64,000 nucleotides of DNA from an uncultured delta proteobacterium (GTDB lineage: Bacteria > Desulfobacterota > Binatia > Binatales > Binataceae), in contig CAWCDG010000002.1 of the NCBI GenBank assembly GCA_963794325.1, positions 256,001 through 320,000 on the forward strand. The letters are read 5' to 3'. The position numbers and the translations under genes were made by a program. Below the pieces are notes generated by a model. The model searched no databases and had not been told where the DNA came from. It saw only the letters and a program-made list of their open reading frames with translations. Positions 30,581 to 40,157 of this stretch are shown one piece after another. Position 1 is the first letter of the stretch, and each line of letters begins with the position of its first letter.

Positions 30581-31543
30581 TTATTCCTGATATGCGCGAT
30601 CAGATCGAGCGCGCCGCGAGCTTCCGCCCGACAGGCTTTGCGCCAGCCGATGCGGCAGCCATGTTCGCATCCATCGCAAATAGTTCTTGAACCGATACGG
30701 ATCGACCCTGATCGCGCGAGCGAATGCAGCGCGAGCGCGCGGACCATCGCCGTCGCGCATCGCCTTCAGCCCGATCGTCGCGAGTATACTTCGCGGGGCC
30801 CGAGCGCGCGCATCGACCAGTGGCGCCGCAGAAACGCCGTAGCGCTCCTGCAGATAAGCTTCGAAGACGTGCAGCGCTTTCGAGTAATCGGGCAGCCGCT
30901 TGAGCTGCTTCGGAAACCATGCGAAACGCCACGTGATCAGCGGCTCGTCAATGTAGCCGAACGGGCCCTGCTCGCGCATCTTGATCCAGAAATCCACGTC
31001 CTCGAAGCGGAAGCTCGCGCCCTTCAAGGCGTCGCGATAGCCACCGCACGCATCGTAAGCGGTGCGGCGCACCAGGGCAGCGCTTGGCATTATCGGCCAC
31101 AGTTTCGTCAGGAGTTCGTTCAGCGAGGGGGCATGATCGAAACCGTCGCCGACCAGGGAAGTGTCGAGCGGCACGCCTTCGCTGTCGGCGAGCGCGCAGT
31201 TGCAGTAGACGAGGGAGAGAGCAGGGTCGGCATCGAGGGCGGCGACGCTACACTCGAGGAATTGCGGCGCCCAGACGTCGTCGGCGTCGAGGAAGGCTAG
31301 ATACTCGCCTGACGAATGCCGCGCGCCATTGTTGCGTCCGGCGGCAGGGCCGCTATTGGACTGTTCGAGGAGCAAAACTCGGCCGCCGAACCGCTTCATG
31401 ATTGCGAGAGTGTCGTCGGCTGAGCCATCGTCGACGCAGATAATTTCGAAATCCTGGAAAGTCTGACTGATGACGCTGTCCACGGTGCCGGCGATAGTCG
31501 CGGCGGCATTGTAGGCAGGAATAATTACGGAAACGCGAGGCAC
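30581..31543 (-). CDS. GT2 glycosyltransferase
   Basis: VSVIIPAYN, DDGSAD and FLDADD; shares LWPIMPS with the 28211 gene. Confidence 0.92.
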   Translation of the reverse strand: MPRVSVIIPAYNAAATIAGTVDSVISQTFQDFEIICVDDGSADDTLAIMKRFGGRVLLLEQSNSGPAAGRNNGARHSSGEYLAFLDADDVWAPQFLECSVAALDADPALSLVYCNCALADSEGVPLDTSLVGDGFDHAPSLNELLTKLWPIMPSAALVRRTAYDACGGYRDALKGASFRFEDVDFWIKMREQGPFGYIDEPLITWRFAWFPKQLKRLPDYSKALHVFEAYLQERYGVSAAPLVDARARAPRSILATIGLKAMRDGDGPRARAAFARAIRVDPYRFKNYLRWMRTWLPHRLAQSLSGGSSRRARSDRAYQE

Positions 31544-31651
31544 GATTTGGTTGGGCGCTACGCAGACTTGGTCGAAGGCCCTCGCGACAGGTTACACGGC
31601 AGGTGGCAGGCTGCTCAACGGGCGGATACAGACTCCGGGAGAATCCGGATC

Positions 31652-31882
31652 CTAACCTCTCCTTGTCCGGGGAGAGGTCGGCGCGAGCCGAAGGTGAGCG
31701 ACGGGAGTGGTGCAGCGCCAGCCGTCGCAACAACGCCAGTTGTGCTGCTGTCGAGCAGCGAACGCGTTTCTCTGCATTGAGATAAAACGAGTCGGGGTTG
31801 GTGGGCTGTCTTGCATTGTATCTCTCCCGGCGACACCGCTTCGCGGCTTTCGCCGACCTCTCCTCGGACGAGGAGAGGTTAA
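31652..31882. repeat. MITE/REP-like element with ~55-bp imperfect terminal inverted repeats
   Basis: taacctctccttgtccggggagaggtcggcg at left matches the reverse complement taacctctcctcgtccgaggagaggtcggcg at right. Confidence 0.65.
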
Positions 31883-31987
31883 GACGAGGCAGCCTGCAAG
31901 TTTCTTTAGTACCGGGTGCAGGGGTCACCCCTGCCGCGGAAGCGTGAAACCCGCGGAGGGTTTCACATTCGATTCGTTCCGCCTCTG

Positions 31988-33172
31988 TTATGCGCGGCGG
32001 ACGGTTGGTTTGCGGAAAGTCCGGTACGTGCGCCCTTCGGCGAGGCCGAAGCGGTTGAGCATCCGGTAAACCGTATAGCGCGATACGCCCAGCAACTCGG
32101 CAGCCCGATGGCAATTGCCCTCAGTTGCCTGCAACGCGCGAATCAGCGCGAGCTTTGAGGCTTCGCGAATCACCGCGTCGAGCGAGTAGGGCCACTCTTT
32201 CGCAGGGGCGCTCCCGCTGGCCTCTGCCAGGTCAGGTTCGCCACCCGCTAGCATCGCTTCGACAGGCATCCCGACCGCCTCGGGGGTCGCATCGTCGTGA
32301 TTGAAAGGCAGGTCGTCGATATCGATCCGATCGTTCTCGGTCATCAGGACCGCGCTCTCGATTGCGTGGCCGAGCTCGCGGACATTACCAAGCCACTGGT
32401 TGGCGCATATTGTGTCCAGCGCCGCGCGCGATACTTCTTTTACGTCCTTGCCGAACAGTCGATTGTAGTGCTCGATGAAATGAGCGACGAATGCCGGGAT
32501 TGCCTCGCGCCGTTCGCGCAGCGGGGGAACCAGGATCGCGGCCGCATTGAGCCGGTAGTACAGGTCGTCGCGGAATTGACCCGCCTTGACCATCGCGCGC
32601 AGATCGCGATTGGTCGCCGCGACCAGCCGAATATCAACCGAGTAGGAACGTGACGAACCGACCGGCTGGATCTCGTGAGTCTCGACTGCGCGCAGCAGCT
32701 TGGGCTGCAGGCGCAGCGGGAGCTCGCCGATTTCGTCCAGGAACAGCGTCCCGCCATTGGCCGAGCGAAAATAGCCGAGCGAATCTTCGCGAGCGTCGGT
32801 GAAAGCACCGCGAACGTGTCCGAAGAGCTGCGATTCAGCCAGGGTCTCGACCAGGTTCGAGCAGTTGAAGGTCACGAACGGGCCGCCCGGCGCAGAGCCG
32901 AGAGTATGAAGCGCTCGCGCGACCAGCTCCTTGCCGGTCCCGGACTCACCGTGAATGAGAACAGTAGCCTTGTATGGACTCAAGCGTGAAATGGTTTTCA
33001 ATACCTTGCGCACTTGCGCCGACCGCACCACCATTCCGCCCACCCGCTCCGACCCGTGCGCAAGATGCTCCAGGCTGAACCACTCGCACGCGGCATCCGT
33101 CGGTGCGGCGCGAAGATTATCCATCGCAGCCGCGACCGGCGATCCGTTCGCCGAGTACTCTTGAAGGCGCAT
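31988..33172 (-). CDS. Sigma54-dependent enhancer-binding activator without receiver domain
   Basis: GESGTGKE, ESQLFGH..GAFTDA, LFLDEIGE and FRDDLYYRL; Fis-type HTH at the C-terminus. Confidence 0.92.
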   Translation of the reverse strand: MRLQEYSANGSPVAAAMDNLRAAPTDAACEWFSLEHLAHGSERVGGMVVRSAQVRKVLKTISRLSPYKATVLIHGESGTGKELVARALHTLGSAPGGPFVTFNCSNLVETLAESQLFGHVRGAFTDAREDSLGYFRSANGGTLFLDEIGELPLRLQPKLLRAVETHEIQPVGSSRSYSVDIRLVAATNRDLRAMVKAGQFRDDLYYRLNAAAILVPPLRERREAIPAFVAHFIEHYNRLFGKDVKEVSRAALDTICANQWLGNVRELGHAIESAVLMTENDRIDIDDLPFNHDDATPEAVGMPVEAMLAGGEPDLAEASGSAPAKEWPYSLDAVIREASKLALIRALQATEGNCHRAAELLGVSRYTVYRMLNRFGLAEGRTYRTFRKPTVRRA

Positions 33173-33203
33173 CTTTGGTTCCTTCTCCGCTGCTAGACTT
33201 CGA

Positions 33204-33242
33204 CCTACAACTAGTTACTAAATCTTCTCTACTAGTTGTAGG
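33204..33242. promoter_or_regulatory. 12-bp perfect inverted repeat upstream of the activator
   Basis: cctacaactagt-N15-actagttgtagg. Confidence 0.5.
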
Positions 33243-33629
33243 GTTTTGGATATAATCGAGTAGCGCCTGGTGTGTCAAGCCGTTGTGCCCCGATTTTACC
33301 GGCTGTCTCTAGCACAAGCGAGTTCCCTCGTGTTCTGTTACCCAAGGTTCCTCCCATCATGACGACCGGCGGCCAATGATGCCGCGGTTTCGAACTTATC
33401 GATAGCCTAGGCTTCCTTACGCTCTCAGCTATCGGCCCGACGACTCGAGCCCCGGCAATCATCCCCCTTAACCGACTGAAAGATCAAGCTTTCCATACGT
33501 TATCCACAGCTCTGAAATCGGCGAAGCGTTGACCTTATATTTCACGATCATCCTGAAAATGTTCAGGTTTATTATCGGATTCTCGATAGTCGAGCGCGCC
33601 CACGATTGCTATTAATAGCGTCGGAGGAA

Positions 33630-34028
33630 ATGAAGATGCGAACCCTGGTGATCATCGCTCGCGTTCTCTTGGGCCTGGTGTTCTTTGTCTTCGGGTTGAA
33701 CGGCTTTCTGCACTTTATGCCAAATCCGCCGCCAACACCTGCCGCGGGGGAATTTTTTGGCGCATTGTTCAAGACCGGATACATGTTCTCTTTGATCTTT
33801 GGACCGCAGGTTTTAGGCGGAGCATTGCTTCTGCTCGGTGTAGCGGTGCCCTTTGCCTTGGTGATTCTGGCGCCGGTGATCGTGAATATCATCGCGTTCC
33901 ACCTCTACCTCTCGCCGGTGCCGGCGCAGTTGGTGATCGCATTCATCGTCGTCGCGCTCGAGCTGTTCCTGGCGTGGTACTATCGCTCCGCGTTCGCCTC
34001 GCTGTTCGGCGGAGCACCGCAACCGTGA
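33630..34028 (+). CDS. DoxX-family membrane protein
   Basis: ARVLLGLVFFVFGLNGFLHF..LAPVIVNIIAFH; GGAGG RBS. Confidence 0.85.
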   Translation: MKMRTLVIIARVLLGLVFFVFGLNGFLHFMPNPPPTPAAGEFFGALFKTGYMFSLIFGPQVLGGALLLLGVAVPFALVILAPVIVNIIAFHLYLSPVPAQLVIAFIVVALELFLAWYYRSAFASLFGGAPQP

Positions 34029-34122
34029 AGGGCTCGCGGCGACCCAGGACTGTAAGCGATCCTGGAATCGCGACTGTTTTCAATACTTCGCATTCCTGTA
34101 AGCATGCAAATTAGGCAACACC

Positions 34123-34353
34123 ATGAGACGGAACATTGTCGCTCGCGGAAAGTTCTCAGACCCACGGCACATAGAGCTTACGAAACCGGTGCCCAAAATC
34201 CGGGGTGAGGTGGAAATCACAATCCGGCAACTGCCGAAAAGTCGAACCCCCGACGTATTTAAAATTATTGCGGCGTTTGGCCCTGGATCACGATCCAAAG
34301 CTGAGATCGACCAGCAGATCCACGAGGAGCGCGCCTCGTGGGATTATCGATGA
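34123..34353 (+). CDS. Putative antitoxin
   Basis: 76 aa ending RSKAEIDQQIHEERASW; ATGA overlap with the PIN gene. Confidence 0.7.
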   Translation: MRRNIVARGKFSDPRHIELTKPVPKIRGEVEITIRQLPKSRTPDVFKIIAAFGPGSRSKAEIDQQIHEERASWDYR

Positions 34354-34763
34354 GCCGCATCTATCTTGATGCGTGCTCCATAATCCACCTGGTCGAAGCC
34401 GAGAGTCCCTTCCACGCAGTAGTCGTCCGCCGCCTGCTGCAACATCAAACCAATCCAGCGTCGCGACTATTGACTTCGCGTTTGTCACGTCTGGAGTGTC
34501 GAACACGGCCCATCAGAGACAACGATCGCAGGCTCCTCGCATCGTATGACAAGTTTTTCGGAGCGAACCGGATGCTGATTGTGGAGATAACTGCCGAGAT
34601 CGTCGAGAGCGCCACAACATTGCGCGCGCGCCATGGATTCAAGACACCAGACGCGATCCATCTGGCGTCGGCAATCGAAGAGAAGGCCGATGTCTTTTTG
34701 ACGGGGGACAGTTCTCTATCTCGATGCCCCGATATCGCAGTCGACGTCCTCGAAGGCGGCTGA
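34350..34763 (+). CDS. vapC: PIN-domain VapC toxin
   Basis: IYLDAC..IHLVE, LEC, KTPDAIHLASA and FLTGD motifs. Confidence 0.9.
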   Translation: MSRIYLDACSIIHLVEAESPFHAVVVRRLLQHQTNPASRLLTSRLSRLECRTRPIRDNDRRLLASYDKFFGANRMLIVEITAEIVESATTLRARHGFKTPDAIHLASAIEEKADVFLTGDSSLSRCPDIAVDVLEGG

Positions 34764-34868
34764 GGTATCATTGCCTTCGGGCGGCGACTCGAACCCCTGG
34801 GCCATTTGGAGTCCAGAGTCTATTTCCAACGCTTTGAATTACCTGTAAGCATTGGAATCCCCTCAGGC

Positions 34869-34941
34869 GAGCCGGTAGCTCAGGTGGTAGAGCATGTGAC
34901 TTTTAATCACAGGGTCCTGGGTTCAAGTCCCAGCCGGCTCA
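34869..34941 (+). tRNA. tRNA-Lys(TTT), CCA not encoded
   Basis: Cloverleaf: GAGCCGG/CCGGCTC acceptor stem, TGTGA-CTTTTAA-TCACA anticodon arm, CTGGG-TTCAAGT-CCCAG T arm. Confidence 0.95.
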
Positions 34942-35163
34942 CTCAAAACCCTTTTGGATTCAATGCTTTGTAGCGCTTCAAATGACCACGCGATTGGCAG
35001 GATGCGAAAACTGTAACAGTTTGTAAAACTTTTGAGGGCGGACGAAAAAAGCGCGCGCAGCGTTCACACGACTGCGCGCGCTCTTGCGTGTCGTTAGGCG
35101 CCGGCGGCGCGGCACGAGAGCCGTCCGGGTCGAGAAAAACGAAAGTCAGAGAAGGAGAGAGTC

Positions 35164-35526
35164 ATGTTTGATCACATCATGCTTAAGGTGAAGGACCTCA
35201 ACTCGAGCAAGCGCTTCTACAGCGCCGCGCTGGCGCCGCTTGGCTTCAGCGTGCAGTACGACGCGGACGGAATAGTGGTCTTTGGCCCCAAGGACGCGCC
35301 CGCCTTGTGTTTGGCCAAGGGCGAACCGACCGGACCTGTCCATCTTGCATTCGTGGCCAAGAACCGCGCTGCCGTGAAGGCGTTCTACGATGCCGCTCTG
35401 CCCGCCGGCGGCAAGGACAACGGCAAGCCCGGTCTCCGTCCCCAATATTCCGCCAACTACTACGGCGGCTTCGTGAAGGATCCCGACGGCAACAACATAG
35501 AAGCCGTTTGCCATCAGGAAGAATAG
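35164..35526 (+). CDS. VOC/glyoxalase family protein
   Basis: FDHI..SKRFY..L.PLG, HLAF, GGKDNGKPGLRP.Y and DPDGNNIEAV motifs. Confidence 0.9.
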   Translation: MFDHIMLKVKDLNSSKRFYSAALAPLGFSVQYDADGIVVFGPKDAPALCLAKGEPTGPVHLAFVAKNRAAVKAFYDAALPAGGKDNGKPGLRPQYSANYYGGFVKDPDGNNIEAVCHQEE

Positions 35527-35551
35527 CGAGGCTACGGGACTGCCTTGTTAC

Positions 35552-35878
35552 TTACGCGCTCTTGCGCTGCGGAAGCTGGGCGGCCACCTTCGGTTCTTCC
35601 TGAGCGCGCTCGCGCACATAGCTCGCGAGCTTCGCTGACGCAGCTTCGAGGTCCCGCTTGTCGAGGATGTCGTATCGGTCGAAAATGCTGCGCGTCTTGT
35701 GCCCCGTGAAACCCATCGCCACGCTCTCGCTGACGCCTGCACGAACGAGATTGCGAACGGCTGAGCGGCGCAGGTCGTGAATGACCAGACGGCCAAGCGA
35801 GCGACGCTGGTCGCGGAGAAGGTCGATACTGCTGGCCGTCACGTTCGCCAAATTGAACTGTGCGCGCAGCACTGCCAA
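35552..35878 (-). pseudogene. Tyrosine integrase C-terminal remnant fused to unrelated sequence
   Basis: [16 protein letters not shown]...[12 protein letters not shown] (HxxR, H, catalytic Y); N-terminal domains absent. Confidence 0.85.
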
Positions 35879-36094
35879 ATCGTCATCGAGCGCGAGCGAG
35901 CGCGCGGGCTTGAGATTAGCGACAGACGCGACGAGTAGCGCGCGCAGTCTTTCGCGTTGAGCGTCTGAAAATGGTTTCGCAAATATCGCGATTGGTTGAG
36001 CAAAAAATAAGGCACACTCGGCTCACCGTTAGTGGGTGCATGTTTTACCGAGCGTGCCGACGGCTCCAGAGGGGGAGAATACCAGAGCCAATTC

Positions 36095-36379
36095 TTACTT
36101 CGAGTGAAGTTCGGTCAGTCTGTTGCGGACCTCGTTGTCGAAAGCCATCGGTGCGCCCGGACATAGCTCGCCGAGCCATTGCGTACTGATGTGATCCGGT
36201 AGTCTTCGAAAGCTGAATACTGAGACGTGAACTGCCCATCTTTCCCCTGACAGGGACTCGACGAAATCACGTCCGCAACGGGAGCAATGATGTTGGCGGA
36301 GCGGTTTGTCGGGCTCGATCTCTACTTGGCGAGGTTTCGGACTAGACCACTGATGGCTGTTCCACGCGTCGCGACTCAT
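36095..36379 (-). CDS. Small Cys-containing hypothetical protein
   Basis: CSRCGRDF..CPG; AGGAGG RBS. Confidence 0.55.
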   Translation of the reverse strand: MSRDAWNSHQWSSPKPRQVEIEPDKPLRQHHCSRCGRDFVESLSGERWAVHVSVFSFRRLPDHISTQWLGELCPGAPMAFDNEVRNRLTELHSK

Positions 36380-36600
36380 GGGAAAGTCCCTCCTAGTTTC
36401 AGGCTTTTGCGACGGGATCTTCTAAAGTTTTTATAATGCAAACGCAAATTCAGTTCAAGAGAAGTGAGAGAACGACAAAAATTGTCCTTCAGAGAACAAA
36501 TATTTATCCACAACTAGCGATAAAACTACGCTCAGGTTGGTAACGGCAAGAACCTTCCGGTTGTGGTAGCACTCAGCCACAGATCGGCTACCGTTCGTTT

Positions 36601-36783
36601 ATGCGATGCCTGCTATGTGGTCAGAAGTCGCCTATCGAAGCGAAGATCGACCAGTTCCCGCTCAGCGAGCGGGTGCGGAAGATGCTCGAAAGGGAGTTCG
36701 GCATTGCGCATGAAAACGGAGTCTGCCGCGAATGTCTGGCCCTTCCGGCTGCCGATCGCTTGGTCCGTCCTCATCCGGCATAG
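36601..36783 (+). CDS. Small putative zinc-binding protein
   Basis: CLLC...CREC pair in 60 aa. Confidence 0.45.
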   Translation: MRCLLCGQKSPIEAKIDQFPLSERVRKMLEREFGIAHENGVCRECLALPAADRLVRPHPA

Positions 36784-37230
36784 TCCGCACTGGTCCGCGA
36801 TCCCACTTTGTTCCGGCTTGTCCCGAATCGTCGTCGAGCGCGAGCAAGCTCGCGGGCTTGAGGTCAGCGACTGACACGACAAATTGCCAGTCCTCCTCAA
36901 CCCGCGCGCGAGGTTTGCAAGGGCCAAATTGTAATAGATTGTAAAGCTTTTGACGCGAGACGCTCAGCAATCGACAGATGCCGAGAGCAGCGCAAGAGCA
37001 AAAAGCCTATAGAAATCAGACTGAAAGCGACCGAGCGCAATCTTGCGCGAACGTGTGCTATTTCTTTTAATCACAGGGTCCTGGGTTCAAGTCCCAGCCG
37101 GCTCACTATTAATTCCGTTCAGAATCGACCAAGGCTGGCGGTCGCAGTCGATGTACTTGCAACTTTTCCCGCACTTGGGTAACGCTCAAAGCGTTTCCGA
37201 TCAATTCTGATCAATTTTGGAGTTTGGCCG

Positions 37231-39066
37231 ATGAATGATGCAGAAAAGGTTTCGTCCACCACCAACAGCCAGCAAGAATTCGATTTCGATCCTGAATCCC
37301 TTCGCGCCAAGTATCGCGAGGAGCGCGACAAGCGCCTGCGACCCGACGGCAACGATCAGTATGTCGAGGTGAAGGGCGATTTCAGCCGCTACGTCGATGA
37401 TCCCTATGTCGATCCCGGCTTTACCCGCGAACCCCTGAACGACGCGGTTGACGTCGTGATCATCGGCGGCGGCTTCGGCGGGCTGTTGGCAGGCGCGCGT
37501 CTGCGCGAGGCCGGCGTCAAAGATATTCGCGTCATCGAGAAGGGCGGCGACTTCGGCGGGACCTGGTACTGGAACCGCTATCCCGGCGCGCAATGCGATA
37601 TCGAATCGTACATCTATCTGCCGCTGCTCGAGGAGACCGGCTATATCCCGAAAGAGAAATACTCGTACGCGCCGGAAATTCTGGCGCACGCGCGGCGTAT
37701 CGGCGAGCAGTTCGATCTGTATCGCGACGCCTGCTTTCAGACTCAAATCGAGGCACTCACCTGGAGCGAGGACGAGTGCCGGTGGATCGTAACCACCAAC
37801 CGCGACGACCGGATGCGCGCGCGTTTCGTCGTGATGTCCAATGGGCCGTTGAATCGGCCGAAGCTGCCCGCGATTCCAGGTATCGACAGCTTCAAGGGCC
37901 ACACTTTCCACACCAGCCGCTGGGATTACGGATATACCGGCGGCGATACCAACGGGAATCTGCACAAGCTCGGCGACAAGCGCGTCGCGGTTATCGGCAC
38001 CGGCGCGACGGCCGTCCAATGCGTCTCGTTTCTCGCGAAGTACGCGAAGCATCTGGACGTGTTCCAGCGCACGCCCTCATCGATCGACGAACGTGGGAAT
38101 CGTCCGACCGACCCCGAATGGGTAAAGACGCTGAAGCCCGGATGGCAGAAGCATCGGATGGAAAATTTCAATTCGCTGGTCTCGGGCGGCTTCCAGGACC
38201 AGGACCTCGTCAACGACGGATGGACCGACATCATCCGCAACCTCGGCGGGTTGCTCATCGCGAGGAACAATACCAACTCCGAGATTTCGCCGGCGGAGAT
38301 TATGCGCCTGGCCGAGATCGCGGATTTCAAAAAGATGAATCAGATCCGCGCGCGCGTGGACGCGATTGTGAAAGACAAGCGGACCGCCGAGGCGCTGAAG
38401 CCGTGGTATCGACAGTTCTGCAAGCGCCCGACCTTCAATGACGAGTATCTGCCCGCGTTCAACCGGCCGAACGTCACGCTGGTCGATACGATGGGCCGCG
38501 GCGTCGATCGCATCACCGAGAAAGGGCTGGTCTTCGACGGCGTCGAGTACGAGGCCGACTGCATCATCTTCGCCACCGGATTCGAAGTGGGCACGGCCTA
38601 CACGCGGCGCGCGGGCTTCGAGGTTTACGGCCGCGGCGGGAAGGCGCTTTCGGAGAATTGGGCGAACGGCCTGAAAACGCTGCACGGCTTCTGCAGCGTC
38701 GGATTCCCGAACTGCTTCCATATGGGCATCACACAGAATGCTCTGACGGCGAACTTTCCCCACATGCTCGAGGAGCAGTCGCGCCACATAGCCGAGCTTA
38801 TCAAGCATGCAAAATCGCAAGAGGCTCGATGCATCGAGCCCACCGTCGAGGCCGAAACGGAGTGGGTGGCGACCATCAAAGAGAAGGCGATGAACAACCA
38901 GGATTTCCTGGAGGCGTGTACGCCCGGCTACTACAACAACGAAGGCAAGCCCGAAAAAGGCTTCGGCCTCGCCGGCGAGCTATACGGCGGCGGCCCCGTC
39001 GAGTTCCACGAGCTGATCAAGCGATGGCGCGAAGACGGCGAAATGAAGGGTTTGCGATTTAGCTAA
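37231..39066 (+). CDS. Type I Baeyer-Villiger monooxygenase
   Basis: GGGFGG, GGTWYWNRYPG, fingerprint FKGHTFHTSRW, GTGATA and CTPGYYNNEG. Confidence 0.92.
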   Translation: MNDAEKVSSTTNSQQEFDFDPESLRAKYREERDKRLRPDGNDQYVEVKGDFSRYVDDPYVDPGFTREPLNDAVDVVIIGGGFGGLLAGARLREAGVKDIRVIEKGGDFGGTWYWNRYPGAQCDIESYIYLPLLEETGYIPKEKYSYAPEILAHARRIGEQFDLYRDACFQTQIEALTWSEDECRWIVTTNRDDRMRARFVVMSNGPLNRPKLPAIPGIDSFKGHTFHTSRWDYGYTGGDTNGNLHKLGDKRVAVIGTGATAVQCVSFLAKYAKHLDVFQRTPSSIDERGNRPTDPEWVKTLKPGWQKHRMENFNSLVSGGFQDQDLVNDGWTDIIRNLGGLLIARNNTNSEISPAEIMRLAEIADFKKMNQIRARVDAIVKDKRTAEALKPWYRQFCKRPTFNDEYLPAFNRPNVTLVDTMGRGVDRITEKGLVFDGVEYEADCIIFATGFEVGTAYTRRAGFEVYGRGGKALSENWANGLKTLHGFCSVGFPNCFHMGITQNALTANFPHMLEEQSRHIAELIKHAKSQEARCIEPTVEAETEWVATIKEKAMNNQDFLEACTPGYYNNEGKPEKGFGLAGELYGGGPVEFHELIKRWREDGEMKGLRFS

Positions 39067-39075
39067 TCAAAAAGC

Positions 39076-39100
39076 AGGGGCCGGCTGCGAGCCGGCCCCT
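39076..39100. terminator. Hairpin terminator between convergent genes
   Basis: aggggccggct-gcg-agccggcccct preceded by an A run. Confidence 0.65.
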
Positions 39101-39157
39101 CGGATGACTAAAGTTAGTCCGTCGCCGCTTTCGCGGCGTCCGAATTCACTCTATCTC

Positions 39158-39529
39158 TTAGCTGATGTCTGACAGCGTGCCCTTCCAGGTTCGCGCGGCC
39201 AAATCGATCTCGCCCGTGCTGGAGAGTCGGCGGCCGTCGGAGATCTGGATGACCGACTGCGTGGACCACCGGTGTTTGGCCTTGCTCTCGTAGGTCCCTT
39301 GACCGACGCCGCTGAGGACGTCGCCATTGTCGAGATATGCCGACCCGACCTGGCTGAACGTTCCGTCCCTGCCGCCGCCGACGAAGGTGGAGGTGTCGAA
39401 GATCGCTCCGAATCCTGCGCCCGACCCTTCGAAATTAACCTGGACGAGAACGCTGCCGGCCGGTCCGGGTGTGTTGGTTTGAGTGACCATTTTGAGCGAA
39501 AATTCGCCGATTGGCTTGCCTGACGCCAT
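39158..39529 (-). CDS. Hypothetical beta-rich protein
   Basis: MASGKPIGEFSLK..., with GAGG RBS and typical codon usage. Confidence 0.65.
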   Translation of the reverse strand: MASGKPIGEFSLKMVTQTNTPGPAGSVLVQVNFEGSGAGFGAIFDTSTFVGGGRDGTFSQVGSAYLDNGDVLSGVGQGTYESKAKHRWSTQSVIQISDGRRLSSTGEIDLAARTWKGTLSDIS

Positions 39530-39676
39530 TTGTTTCGACCTCTCTATGTTAGGGGAAGTTAACGAATCTAGACCCTCCTTAATGACCCTATTCGAGCCAA
39601 AGAGCAAACGGCCCCTGATGCCAAAAATCCTTCTGCCGGGCGCGACAGGTGACAAATAGTAGACGCGGAGATCGCG

Positions 39677-40042
39677 TCAGGATCTAGGCTTCGCTGAGAT
39701 CCCCATCACCGGGCGCACCTCGATGCTGCCGTGCTTCGCCATCGGGATCTTCGAGGCCAGCTCGATCGCCTCGTCCATATCCTTGGCCTCAACGAGAATG
39801 AAGCCGCCCAACTGCTCCTTGGTCTCGGCGAACGGGCCGTCCATGATGGACAACTTGCCTTTACGAACGCGCAGAGTTTTGGCCGTGGTCGCAAGCTGCA
39901 AGGCGTCGGACGCAATGTAGTGCCCGCTCTTGCGCAACTTTTCATCGTAAGCGATCGAGTCGCGGTTGAGCGTAGTCCCCTCGGCCGGTGACAGCATTTC
40001 CATATTCTTCAGTTCCAGGTAAACGGCGCACAAATATCGCAT
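39677..40042 (-). CDS. YciI/DGPF family protein
   Basis: DGPFAETKEQLGGF..GSIEVRP. Confidence 0.9.
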   Translation of the reverse strand: MRYLCAVYLELKNMEMLSPAEGTTLNRDSIAYDEKLRKSGHYIASDALQLATTAKTLRVRKGKLSIMDGPFAETKEQLGGFILVEAKDMDEAIELASKIPMAKHGSIEVRPVMGISAKPRS

Positions 40043-40157
40043 AGGTAATCTCCATAGCGCTCGAGTTTGTCGCACACTATCCAGTCGTTCGGTGAATACG
40101 AAAATCGACACTGCGATTGTTCCGCATCTCGCATGAGGTTAGCTTTCGTTCGGCATC

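Larger units (their letters stand above)
34900..37107. mobile_element. Decayed integrative mini-island at tRNA-Lys
   Basis: Identical 44-bp direct repeat at 34900-34943 and 37064-37107 (tRNA 3' half); integrase remnant inside. Confidence 0.85.

Noticed and set aside
34780-34803. Minus-strand GGTTCGAGTC resembling a tRNA T-loop
   Set aside because: No paired T-stem or cloverleaf around it.
37064-37107. Second tRNA-Lys gene
   Set aside because: Only the 3' half is present; it is the att duplication.
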